Shown one piece after another: positions 9,655 through 17,980 of a stretch of 64,000 bases of DNA. The stretch is taken from assembly GCA_019636335.1 (NCBI GenBank), contig JAHBXR010000001.1, positions 298,712-362,711 on the forward strand, in the 5' to 3' direction. The notes beneath the pieces were generated by a model, which was given only the letters and a program-made list of their open reading frames with translations, was not told where the DNA came from and made no database searches. How positions within the stretch are numbered: the stretch's first letter is position 1; every line of letters starts with the position of its first letter. A program made the position numbers and the translations under genes. Source of the stretch: Pirellulales bacterium. GTDB lineage: Bacteria > Planctomycetota > Planctomycetia > Pirellulales > JAEUIK01.

Positions 9655-10269
9655 ATGCAGAGCTTTGCCATTGTGCCGGCGGCCGGACGCAGCCGGCGCA
9701 TGGGGCAACCCAAGCTACTGCTCGAGCGCGAGGGGCGACCGCTGATCGAGTATGTTCTCGCGGCCTGGCGAGAGAGCCAGATCGATCGCGTGGTCGTGGT
9801 GGTACATCCGGAAGACGATGAGCTGGCGCAGCGCTGCCGCCGCGCGGGGGCCGAGGTCGTACGGCCGGCCGCGCCACCGCCAGAGATGAAAGACTCGGTC
9901 GCCCAGGCATTGGGCTATGTGGACGATCTCTATCAGCCCGCGCCGGGAGATGTCTGGCTGTTGGCGCCGGCCGACATGCCGGCCCTTTCACCGGGAGTGA
10001 TCGACGCGGTGCTGGCCGCCCATCGCGCGGCAGACGCCGCGATCATCGTCCCCACGCACCAGGGAAAACGGGGGCATCCGGTACTCTTTCCGTGGCCGCT
10101 GGCCCAGGAAGTGTCTGAGTTGGGGCAGGACGAAGGGATCCATATGCTCGTCGCGCGGCACGTGGTGCGCGAGCTCGAATTGCCGTCATCCGAGATCCTG
10201 CTCGACGTGGATCGTCCAGAGGATTTTGCCCGTTGGGCGAACGAGGGAGATCGCCGCCGAGAGGGCTAA
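9655..10269 (+). CDS. mocA: molybdenum cofactor cytidylyltransferase (MocA-like NTP_transf_3)
   Basis: FAIVPAAGRSRRMGQPKLL…IDRVVVV is the MobA/MocA nucleotidyltransferase motif. It lies immediately downstream of xdhC with a 4-nt overlap. Confidence 0.8.
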   Translation: MQSFAIVPAAGRSRRMGQPKLLLEREGRPLIEYVLAAWRESQIDRVVVVVHPEDDELAQRCRRAGAEVVRPAAPPPEMKDSVAQALGYVDDLYQPAPGDVWLLAPADMPALSPGVIDAVLAAHRAADAAIIVPTHQGKRGHPVLFPWPLAQEVSELGQDEGIHMLVARHVVRELELPSSEILLDVDRPEDFARWANEGDRRREG

Positions 10270-10430
10270 CGCCGCGCGGCATTCTCGTCGTTCGAGTCGG
10301 GGGGCTCGCGACGGATGAGCTGCCAGAACCAGGGACGCTCGCGCCGGGCGTGCGGCGCGTCGTAGCGCAGGTGGCACGAGGTGTCGCGCTGGTTGTGGGG
10401 CTCGATCGAGGCGAGTCGCGTGGAATCCAT
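10266..10430 (-). CDS. unannotated small ORF (~54 aa from ATG; may extend upstream), hypothetical
   Basis: Minus-strand frame MDSTRLASIEPHNQRDTSCHLRYDAPHARRERPWFWQLIRREPPDSNDENAARR has about 90% G/C at codon third positions by hand count. It sits in the ~330-bp gap between mocA and ykgJ. It is below the 60-aa cutoff of the ORF track. The plus-strand ORFs here are its Arg/Gly/Pro-rich antisense. Confidence 0.3.
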   Translation of the reverse strand: MDSTRLASIEPHNQRDTSCHLRYDAPHARRERPWFWQLIRREPPDSNDENAARR

Positions 10431-10598
10431 TCCGCAGCGCTCCGTAAAGTGGGTACGGCGGTAGCTGTTCTCGTCGCCGCCGTCGCCAGCATAACGTGGC
10501 AGGCCGCGCCCGACAATTCAAGTTCGCCCGCCGGCCGCTGGTCAGTCTAAGGGGGGTTTGCTAACCTACAGCCCGGCCACAGGATCGGATCGGCCGAT

Positions 10599-11093
10599 GT
10601 GACGAAACGACGTCCGCCCGAGGCCAGGCAAGCACGAGGAGATCGCCCGATGGCGACTGCGACGCGACCCAAGCTCCGCCGCGAGGAGATCCCCGCCGGC
10701 GCCGTACTGTGCGAATACTGCACGGCCAAATGCTGCCGTTACTTCGCCCTACCGCTTGAGGAGCCGACGACCTGGGAGGATTTCGATTTTCTCCGTTGGT
10801 TCCTGCTGCACGACAAGGCGTGCTGCTTCACCGAGGATGGCACCTGGTACATCCTGGTCCACACGGTCTGCAAGCATTTGCGGCCGGACAATCTCTGCGG
10901 CATCTACGAGACTCGCCCCCAGGTCTGCCGCGAATACACCACCGACAACTGCGAATACGAGGATGACTGGGTCTACGACCGCTACTTCGAGACGGCCGAG
11001 CAGGTCTACGAGTATGCCGAGTCGGTACTGGGTCCGCCCGAGGGAGGCAGCTTCCGCACGCCGCGGCCAGCGCTCCTTCCGATCCTCGGTTGA
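10599..11093 (+). CDS. YkgJ-family (UPF0153) cysteine-cluster protein
   Basis: CEYCTAKCCRYF is a CxxCxxCC motif, followed by spaced Cys residues typical of the YkgJ zinc/iron-chelating family. Confidence 0.7.
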   Translation: MTKRRPPEARQARGDRPMATATRPKLRREEIPAGAVLCEYCTAKCCRYFALPLEEPTTWEDFDFLRWFLLHDKACCFTEDGTWYILVHTVCKHLRPDNLCGIYETRPQVCREYTTDNCEYEDDWVYDRYFETAEQVYEYAESVLGPPEGGSFRTPRPALLPILG

Positions 11094-11108
11094 GGTAAAC
11101 CGGTCGCG

Positions 11109-12452
11109 ATGATCGAACCGCGCACGCTCAAAGGATTCCGCGACTACCTGCCCGAGGCGATGATCCCTCGCGAGCGGTTGATGGAGACCGCACGTCGCGT
11201 CTACCGCTCGTACGGTTTCAGCCCCATCGATACCCCGGCGCTCGAGTATCTCGAGATCCTGACGGGGAAGGGGGGAGAAGAGACCGACAAGCAGCTTTAC
11301 AAATTCCAGGATCACGGCGGCCGCTGGGTGGCGCTGCGGTTCGATCTGACGGTGCCGCTGGCGCGTTTTGCCGCGCAGCACGCCGGCGAGCTGGGCACGC
11401 CGCTGAAACGCTATCACATCGCGCCGGTCTGGCGCGGCGAGAATACGCAGCGCGGCCGTTATCGCGAGTTCGTGCAGTGCGACTTCGACACGATCGGCAC
11501 CAAGGCGATCGCCTCGGACATCGAGACGGTGCTCGTCATTCACGATCTGTTTCTCGCCCTGGGGTTCACGGGGTTTCAGATCCACGTGAATAATCGCCAG
11601 GTGCTGGGGGGATTGCTCGACCGGTTGGATCTCTCCGATCGCGCCGCGGCGGTGCTCCGCTCGCTCGACAAGCTGCCCAAGATCGGCGCCGAGAAGGTGG
11701 CGGCCGAAATGGTCGCCGCCGCCGGAACGACCGAGACCCAGGCCAAGGAAGTGCTGCGTCTGGCCGCGATCGAAGGGGACAACGAAGCGATCCTCGAGCA
11801 GCTCGGTCCGCTGGTGGCAGGTAGCGAGCGGGGCGAGGCGGGCGTCGAGCAATTGGCGGCCTTGGTACGCGCGACGCGCGCCGCCGGCGTGCCGGCTAGT
11901 CGACTGGGGATCGACGTGGCGATTGCCCGGGGGCTCGATTACTACACCGGCACCGTGTTCGAGACCTTTCTCGACGCGCTCCCCACGATCGGCAGCGTCT
12001 GTTCGGGGGGCCGCTACGACAATCTGGCGGGGCTCTACACGAAGCTCGATCTGCCGGGCGTGGGGGCCTCGCTCGGGCTCGATCGTCTGCTAGCCGCCAT
12101 GGAAGAGCTGGGGATGCACGAGAAGGTGGCCACGCCCGCCCCGGTCTTCATTCCCTACTTTGTCGAGACACGCCTCGAGGATTATCTGCGTCTGGCGGCA
12201 CAACTGCGTGCGGCGGGCATCGGTGTAGAGCTTTATCCCGAGGCGAAGCGACTGGGGCAACAATTGAAATACGCCGACCGACGCGGCTTCCGCGCGGCGG
12301 TTGTCGTGGGAGACAATGAGTTCGCCGAGGGGCAGTGCCAGTTGAAGGATCTCGCTACGGGGGAGAGCCAATCGGTGCCGCTCAATGCCGATGTGGGTAG
12401 CCTCATTGCGGCCCTGCGCACGTTGCTCGCCACGGAGAAGGGGGCCGGATAG
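11109..12452 (+). CDS. hisS: histidine--tRNA ligase
   Basis: Class II aaRS motifs with a HisRS-type N-terminus (MIEPRTLKGFRDYLPEAMIPRERL…). Anticodon-binding C-terminal domain. Confidence 0.95.
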   Translation: MIEPRTLKGFRDYLPEAMIPRERLMETARRVYRSYGFSPIDTPALEYLEILTGKGGEETDKQLYKFQDHGGRWVALRFDLTVPLARFAAQHAGELGTPLKRYHIAPVWRGENTQRGRYREFVQCDFDTIGTKAIASDIETVLVIHDLFLALGFTGFQIHVNNRQVLGGLLDRLDLSDRAAAVLRSLDKLPKIGAEKVAAEMVAAAGTTETQAKEVLRLAAIEGDNEAILEQLGPLVAGSERGEAGVEQLAALVRATRAAGVPASRLGIDVAIARGLDYYTGTVFETFLDALPTIGSVCSGGRYDNLAGLYTKLDLPGVGASLGLDRLLAAMEELGMHEKVATPAPVFIPYFVETRLEDYLRLAAQLRAAGIGVELYPEAKRLGQQLKYADRRGFRAAVVVGDNEFAEGQCQLKDLATGESQSVPLNADVGSLIAALRTLLATEKGAG

Positions 12453-12483
12453 AATCGATCGCGCGCACTGGGGGGGCAATCAC

Positions 12484-13047
12484 GTGGCGAATCGCGACAA
12501 TCATTACGAAGCCGCCTTCGAAGGCTTTTTGCGCGAGCGCGGCATTCCTTATGTGGCGGTGGATGAAGCTCGTCGCACCACGCTCGGCGATGCAACATTA
12601 AAAAGCCTCGACTTCATCGTTACGTCGCCGCAGGGAGAGCGCTGGCTGGTCGACGTGAAGGGACGCCGCTTTCCCTCGGGCGAAGGACGCCAGTATTGGA
12701 AGAACTGGTCGACGCGCGACGATCTGTGGAGTCTGGCCCGCTGGCAGCAGATCTTCGGCGCGGAGTTTTCGGGCCTGTTGGTCTTCGCCTACAACGTCGT
12801 GGGTGATCGTTCTCCGTTGCCGCGCGAGCAACTGTTCGACTTTCGGGGCGGACTGTACGGGTTCCTGGCGATCCGGGTCGAGCATTATGCGCGTCATGCG
12901 CGGACGATCTCACCTCGCTGGGATACGCTGGCGATGCCGACGGGGGTCTTTCGTGGCCTGGTCGAACCGGTCTCGACGCTGCTCGAGGCAGGGGGCACGC
13001 AGGCGACCACGGGGAGCGAATTGGCGACTGCGGCGGACATGGTTTAG
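12484..13047 (+). CDS. HYExAFE-family protein
   Basis: Contains the literal HYEAAFE motif near the N-terminus. GTG start chosen just after the hisS stop. Confidence 0.6.
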   Translation: MANRDNHYEAAFEGFLRERGIPYVAVDEARRTTLGDATLKSLDFIVTSPQGERWLVDVKGRRFPSGEGRQYWKNWSTRDDLWSLARWQQIFGAEFSGLLVFAYNVVGDRSPLPREQLFDFRGGLYGFLAIRVEHYARHARTISPRWDTLAMPTGVFRGLVEPVSTLLEAGGTQATTGSELATAADMV

Positions 13048-13094
13048 AATGAGGGGGCGGAAATCTCGGTCAGAGTCCACTGGCCCACTGCACG

Positions 13095-13355
13095 ATGAGG
13101 CACGGTACCATGCGAGCAACTCGGACGAACTGGTTTGAACGCAGCCGCCGCTGGCTGGCCTTGATTTGCCTGCTGGTGACGCTGGGCGCGCCACAAACGG
13201 CCTGGGCCAAGAAGGAGCCGAAAGGCCCCCCCGTGCCCGAGGAAAAGAGTTATGTCACCCAGTATTCGCTCGTCTTGATGTGCATCGCGCTCGGCATGGT
13301 CTTGATCTGCAAGCCGAGCGGCCGCGCCGAACGCGTGAAGATGCCTGACGAATAA
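13095..13355 (+). CDS. small secreted/membrane protein, hypothetical
   Basis: Signal-peptide-like LALICLLVTLGAPQTAWA and a second hydrophobic segment LVLMCIALGMVLIC. Between 60 and 86 aa depending on start. Confidence 0.4.
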   Translation: MRHGTMRATRTNWFERSRRWLALICLLVTLGAPQTAWAKKEPKGPPVPEEKSYVTQYSLVLMCIALGMVLICKPSGRAERVKMPDE

Positions 13356-13375
13356 ACCTGGGCGCCGCGCCACGA

Positions 13376-14626
13376 TCAGCTCCGGGCGTCGACATCGCGG
13401 GCCGCCGGCACGCGCAGAAATTTTGGCGCCCCCATGGCCTGGCCTGGCGATGGGGCCGATTGGCCGAAGTAGGCGGCGATCGCCCGGACCACGGTCTCCT
13501 GTTCGTCGGGACGCAGGCCCGGGAAGATCGGCAGGGCCAACGTTTCGCGCGCCGCGCGTTCGCTTTCGACGAGCGTCGAGGGATCACAGTCCAGATCGGC
13601 GAAGCACTCCTGCTCGTGCAAGGGCACGGGATAGTAGATCTCGCTGCCGATCTTGCGTTCGGTCAGGTGGGCCCGCAGGGCGTCGCGTTTGCCATCGGGC
13701 ACGCGCACGATGTACTGATTCCAGACGTGCCGCCGACCGCGGGCCTCGCTGGGGAGCGTGAGGACCTGGTCGAGTCCCCAGGCCGCGAACATCTCGGCGT
13801 AGCGCTCGGCATTCGCGCGGCGCTGGGCGGTCCAGGTCTCGAGATGCTGCAGCTTCACGCGCAGCACGGCGGCCTGAATCGAGTCGAGCCGGCTGTTGAT
13901 GCCGATCTCCTCGTGGTAGTAGCGCTTGGCCATCCCGTGGACGTGCAGGATCCGCAGCCGTCTGGCGAGATCGTCGCGATTGGTGACGAGCATGCCGCCG
14001 TCGCCGCAACCGCCAAGATTCTTCGTCGGGTAGAAGCTGAAGGCGGCCATGTCGCCGAGTGCCCCCGTGCGGCGACCCTCGTATTCGGCGCCGATCGCCT
14101 GGCAGGAGTCCTCGATCACCGAAAGGCCGTGCCGGGCGGCGATCGTGCAGATCGCCGGCATGGAGGCGCACTGGCCGTAGAGATGGACGGGAATGATCGC
14201 CCGGGTAGCGCTCGTGATGTGGGCTTCGATCTTCGTCGGGTCGAGGCAGAAGTGGAGGGGCTCGATGTCGACGAAGACCGGCGTGGCGCCCAGCCGCGAG
14301 ATGGCGCTGGCCGTGGCGAAGAACGTGTAGCTGGGGCAGAGCACCTCGTCGCCGGGGCCGATCTCGAGCGCCATGAGGGCAAGCAGCAGGGCGTCGCTCC
14401 CCGAGGCGTTGGCGATACCGTGCCGGGCGTGACTGTAGGCGGCGATTTCTTTTTCCAACTCGCCGCAATCCGGACCGAGAACGAAGCGGCCCGAGTCGAA
14501 CACGCGGCGGACGGCGGCATTGATCTCGTCGCGAAGGCCGATATATTCGCGCGACGTATCGATCAGGGGAACCGGAGTCGGCTCAGGCGTGTCCTGTTGC
14601 TTCGTCGGAGTTGCGGCGTCAGCCAT
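13376..14626 (-). CDS. DegT/DnrJ/EryC1/StrS-family PLP-dependent aminotransferase (sugar aminotransferase)
   Basis: Family-typical blocks FDSGRFVLGPDCGELEKEIAAY and SGSDALLLALMALEIGPGDEVLCPSYTFFATASAI. Confidence 0.9.
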   Translation of the reverse strand: MADAATPTKQQDTPEPTPVPLIDTSREYIGLRDEINAAVRRVFDSGRFVLGPDCGELEKEIAAYSHARHGIANASGSDALLLALMALEIGPGDEVLCPSYTFFATASAISRLGATPVFVDIEPLHFCLDPTKIEAHITSATRAIIPVHLYGQCASMPAICTIAARHGLSVIEDSCQAIGAEYEGRRTGALGDMAAFSFYPTKNLGGCGDGGMLVTNRDDLARRLRILHVHGMAKRYYHEEIGINSRLDSIQAAVLRVKLQHLETWTAQRRANAERYAEMFAAWGLDQVLTLPSEARGRRHVWNQYIVRVPDGKRDALRAHLTERKIGSEIYYPVPLHEQECFADLDCDPSTLVESERAARETLALPIFPGLRPDEQETVVRAIAAYFGQSAPSPGQAMGAPKFLRVPAARDVDARS

Positions 14627-14911
14627 CGTTCATTCCTTGAACTGGCGGGTGATCGGTGTGCCGAAGGACGCGCACGGTGCGCGGCGGTGGCATGGGTAGC
14701 CACGGACGGGCGCCGGCGAGCGAAAGACGGGGCCGGAGAGTAGGGATTCGATGCCGGAGCGTCAAGATCGGCCGGTGGGGCCGCGCCCCGCCGGGTGAGC
14801 GTGATCTATACTTGCAGGCCCTGCTGCTGGCGTCGGGGCTCCGATCGCAGGGGTTGGACGCTTCGTGCGGGGCATTTTCCCCTTGCGACGCAACCTCGCG
14901 TGGTGGAGCAT

Positions 14912-14939
14912 TTGACAGGTCGCGGTGTGGCCCTAAAAT
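14912..14939 (+). promoter_or_regulatory. near-consensus sigma70-type promoter (TTGACA-16nt-TAAAAT) upstream of the tRNA pair
   Basis: ttgacaggtcgcggtgtggccctaaaat lies ~100 nt upstream of the tRNA-Ile 5' end. Confidence 0.6.
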
Positions 14940-15043
14940 ACGTGGTTTCAGCCCTTTCGAACGAGGCTCGTGCGAGGGGGTTGAGCCAGCGACGGCAGAG
15001 CGGAACTCGCCACCCCGAGGGGGCGGATTCCCGCGAGCCGGTC

Positions 15044-15117
15044 GGGCGCATAGCTCAGTTGGTTAGAGCGCGTCCCTGATAAGGACGAGGTCAGAAGTTC
15101 GAATCTTCTTGCGCCCA
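15044..15117 (+). tRNA. tRNA-Ile (anticodon GAU)
   Basis: Cloverleaf folded by hand. Acceptor GGGCGCA/TGCGCCC, D-arm GCTC…GAGC, anticodon stem CGTCC/GGACG with loop CTGATAA, T-arm AGAAG-TTCGAATC-CTTCT. Confidence 0.9.
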
Positions 15118-15305
15118 CTACGAGACTATTTGAAAGGCTGGACCGCCGGTGCCAGCCGCGGCCAGGGACGGTCGGACGCCACGCTGCAGGCATCGGGAGA
15201 GAGGATCGCCCGGACTCTGGACGTGCCTGGCGAACCTCGATGGAGCGGATCGTCGCCGTCTTGTGCCCCGCCCGGCGTAGGCCCAGTGCAGAAAGATCGT
15301 TCGAC

Positions 15306-15378
15306 GGGGACGTAGCTCAATTGGGAGAGCACCGGCTTTGCAAGCCGGGGGTTGAGGGTTCGAGCCCCTTCGTCTCCA
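15306..15378 (+). tRNA. tRNA-Ala (anticodon UGC)
   Basis: Acceptor GGGGACG/CGTCTCC includes the G3:U70 wobble identity pair of tRNA-Ala. Anticodon loop TTTGCAA. T-loop TTCGAGC. Confidence 0.9.
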
Positions 15379-15409
15379 CTCGTCTCGGCTTCGCGAGAAG
15401 TGCCAGCAA

Positions 15410-15425
15410 AATTGCAAATGCAATT
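15410..15425. promoter_or_regulatory. perfect 16-bp palindrome AATTGCAAATGCAATT, candidate Fur-family operator
   Basis: Perfect 7-2-7 inverted repeat in an AT-rich patch ~55 nt upstream of the Fur-family gene start. Confidence 0.4.
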
Positions 15426-15478
15426 GTTTGGCATTAGCATGAGAGCAGCCGAGTGTCCTGGCGTAGGTACTGCCGCCC

Positions 15479-15910
15479 ATGGCGAAACGCAAAGAATCTG
15501 ATTGGCGTCCCGTGTTGCGCGAGATCGGCCTCCGCGCCACGCCGGCCAGGATCGCCGTCTGCAAGCTGCTCAGCGGTGCGGAAGGGCCCCTCACGCACGC
15601 CGACGTGGCCAACCGCCTCGAATCGCGGGGCATCGATCGGACGACGGTCTTTCGCAATCTGAACGACCTGGTCGAGGCCGGCCTGGTGCGGCGTCTCGAG
15701 GTAGGGGATCACGTCTATCGTTTTGAGTGGCGCCATCGCGAGGCGGCTCAGGGAGATCACCCCCACTTCGTCTGCGTGGACTGTGGCGAGGTGCGCTGCT
15801 TGACCGATGTCGCCCCCGCCGCGATTCCGGCCAGCCGCCAGCGCACGCACCAGATCCTCGACGTCACCGAAGTGCTCTACAAGGGACATTGCTCGAGCTG
15901 CGTCGAGTAG
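15479..15910 (+). CDS. Fur-family transcriptional regulator (Fur/Zur/PerR type)
   Basis: Winged-helix N-terminus followed by HPHFVCVDCGEVRCL … CSSC metal-site motifs. Confidence 0.85.
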   Translation: MAKRKESDWRPVLREIGLRATPARIAVCKLLSGAEGPLTHADVANRLESRGIDRTTVFRNLNDLVEAGLVRRLEVGDHVYRFEWRHREAAQGDHPHFVCVDCGEVRCLTDVAPAAIPASRQRTHQILDVTEVLYKGHCSSCVE

Positions 15911-16047
15911 GCCGCGACTTCCGCTCTCTCGCGCAGCGGGCGGGCATCTGAGGTTGTCACGCGGCGGGACATGCCGGACAATCGAGCCATCGGCCGCTGT
16001 TGAAGCTTTCACTTATGCACCATCATCCTACAAGGTAGAGGTTCACG

Positions 16048-16530
16048 ATGCTTGTTTCGCGTCTTGGTCTGGCCGTGATGATCTTGGGATATCTGGTCTT
16101 CGTCGCTGGTTGCGCGCCGAAGGCCCAACCGGGCGCGACTGCCGACGCGCACGGCGATCACGACCACGACCATGAAGAACACCACTTCGAAACCTACGAC
16201 GAAGCGGTGAAAGGACTGGGCGAGATGCGCGACAAGATCCGCGACGCCTTTGCCAAGGAGGACGCCGACACGGCGCACGGGCCGTTGCACGAGGTCGGCC
16301 ACCTTCTCGAGGAGCTGCCCGAACTGGCGAAAAAAGCGGGGCATCCGGACGAAGTGCTCGCCTCGGTCAAGGAGCACTCCGAAAAGCTCTTCGACCTGTT
16401 CGACAAGGTCGATCGCAAGCTGCACGGTGAGGAAGGGGTCGCCTACGACGAGGTCTCGGCCGATGTCGACGCCGCCCTGGCGAAGCTCGAACACCCTGAG
16501 GCCAAGCCCGCCGAGCCGGCCACGCCGTAG
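16048..16530 (+). CDS. His-rich lipoprotein, putative periplasmic metal-binding protein
   Basis: Lipobox FVAGC. The stretch HGDHDHDHEEHH is followed by further spaced His in a helical-looking, Glu/Lys-rich body. Confidence 0.6.
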   Translation: MLVSRLGLAVMILGYLVFVAGCAPKAQPGATADAHGDHDHDHEEHHFETYDEAVKGLGEMRDKIRDAFAKEDADTAHGPLHEVGHLLEELPELAKKAGHPDEVLASVKEHSEKLFDLFDKVDRKLHGEEGVAYDEVSADVDAALAKLEHPEAKPAEPATP

Positions 16531-16571
16531 AATCGATCGCAGGGGCATCACTCGCGGAAGGTAGGAGCTCG

Positions 16572-17108
16572 ATGTTCACGCAGACGAATATGCCATCGGG
16601 TCGCGCGCTGCTGGCCGCATCGTCGGTTGCCGTGCTGCTCGGCCTGACCGGCTGCGGTAGTGGCGTCGATTCGGCCGTCCTGGCCAAACGCACTCAATAC
16701 CTGCGGACAGAAGAGCCGGCCGGCGCGACGTCGTTCGCCGACGCGCGTCAGACGCTGGACGAGAAACCGTCCGTGGTGCTCGTGGGCCGGATTTCGGCCG
16801 GCGACCAGGAGCCCTTCGTCCAGGGACAGGCGGCCTTCACGCTGACCGATGCCTTTGGCGACGCGGCGCATGGCGGCGACGGGGGGCACGATCCGGCGAA
16901 TTGCCCCTTCTGTAAACGTCGGGCGTCGCAACCCGAGTCGAAAGCCATCGTGCAGTTTCTGGACGAGCAGGGCAAGGTCGTGCCGATCGACGCCCGGGAG
17001 CTGTTCGATCTGAAGCCGAATCAGGTGGTGGTGATCGAAGGGGAGGCCACGGTCGATCCGTTGAACGTGATGTTCGTGGCCGCCAAGGCGATGCACGTGC
17101 GTCCGTAG
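16572..17108 (+). CDS. lipoprotein with His/Cys cluster (HGGDGGHDPANCPFC), hypothetical metal-binding
   Basis: Lipobox LTGC. Central HGGDGGHDPANCPFCKRR motif. Strong SD (GGAAGGTAGGAG) 6 nt upstream. Confidence 0.55.
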   Translation: MFTQTNMPSGRALLAASSVAVLLGLTGCGSGVDSAVLAKRTQYLRTEEPAGATSFADARQTLDEKPSVVLVGRISAGDQEPFVQGQAAFTLTDAFGDAAHGGDGGHDPANCPFCKRRASQPESKAIVQFLDEQGKVVPIDARELFDLKPNQVVVIEGEATVDPLNVMFVAAKAMHVRP

Positions 17109-17112
17109 GCTG

Positions 17113-17805
17113 TCAGGCGAACGGCGCCGTGCAGTAGATCATGATCGCCAGGAAGTGGCAGACGCTGCCGGCGATCACCAGCACGTGCCACACGCCGTGA
17201 AAGTACGGGTAGTGGTCGCGGTGTAAAAAGATCGTGCCTACGGTGTAGCACAGGCCGCCGGCGACCATCCAGGCCAGCATGCCCAGTGGCGCGAAGGCGA
17301 TCATCGGTTTGAGCGTGACGACGGGGATCCAGCCCATCAACAGGTGCAGCCGCGCGGTGACCGCGTCGACGCGGTGCGCGAAGAAGGCCTTCGCCGTGAA
17401 TCCGGCCAGGGCAATGCCCCACATGATCACGAACAGCCACCACCAGTGGGCGGCACTCAGGTAGGTTACGGCCGGCGGAGTGAACGTGCCCGCGATCAAG
17501 AGAAAGATGCAGGCCTGATCGATCATGCGAAACAGGCGTCGCCAGCGCGATTGATGGAACGCGTGCGACAGGGCCGAGGCCAGGTAGACCGCGACCAGCG
17601 CGAGCCCGTACACGACACAAGCCACGATTTGCGCCGGCGAGCCGGTTTGGGAGACGACGTCGAAGAGCCACACGACACCGACGATACTCAGCAGGCATCC
17701 GAGTCCGTGGGTGACGGTATTGACGGCTTCTTCGCGATGCAGCCGTGCCAGCCTGGCGGCATGGCGCGCTTGCCAGATAGGATCGTGCGCGAGCGTGTCA
17801 CTCAT
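17113..17805 (-). CDS. hemolysin III / PAQR-family membrane protein
   Basis: Seven-TM profile with His-containing TMs (HAFHQ…, HRDHYPYFHGVWH). The true start is at MSDTLAHDP. The 347-aa track ORF is an N-terminal over-extension. Confidence 0.8.
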   Translation of the reverse strand: MSDTLAHDPIWQARHAARLARLHREEAVNTVTHGLGCLLSIVGVVWLFDVVSQTGSPAQIVACVVYGLALVAVYLASALSHAFHQSRWRRLFRMIDQACIFLLIAGTFTPPAVTYLSAAHWWWLFVIMWGIALAGFTAKAFFAHRVDAVTARLHLLMGWIPVVTLKPMIAFAPLGMLAWMVAGGLCYTVGTIFLHRDHYPYFHGVWHVLVIAGSVCHFLAIMIYCTAPFA

Positions 17806-17980
17806 CGATGCTCGTCTCAACGGTGCGGCGGAGACCGACGCGGACCATACTTGGGATGAAGTATAGCAGACCTTTCGAGCGGGTCCTGGTCTCACAGCCG
17901 GTCTCGCCAGACGTGCCGTGGGTAACGATTGGAGCGGTCGGCCGGTTCTGCCGTCGCTGGCGCCACGCTGGCCGCCGCGT

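Noticed and set aside
10043-10521. Minus-strand ORFs 10043-10516 and 10186-10521 in the mocA-ykgJ gap
   Set aside because: Low-complexity Thr/Ala/Arg/Pro translations in the wrong frames. The GC3-rich frame is the short one ending at 10266, reported separately.
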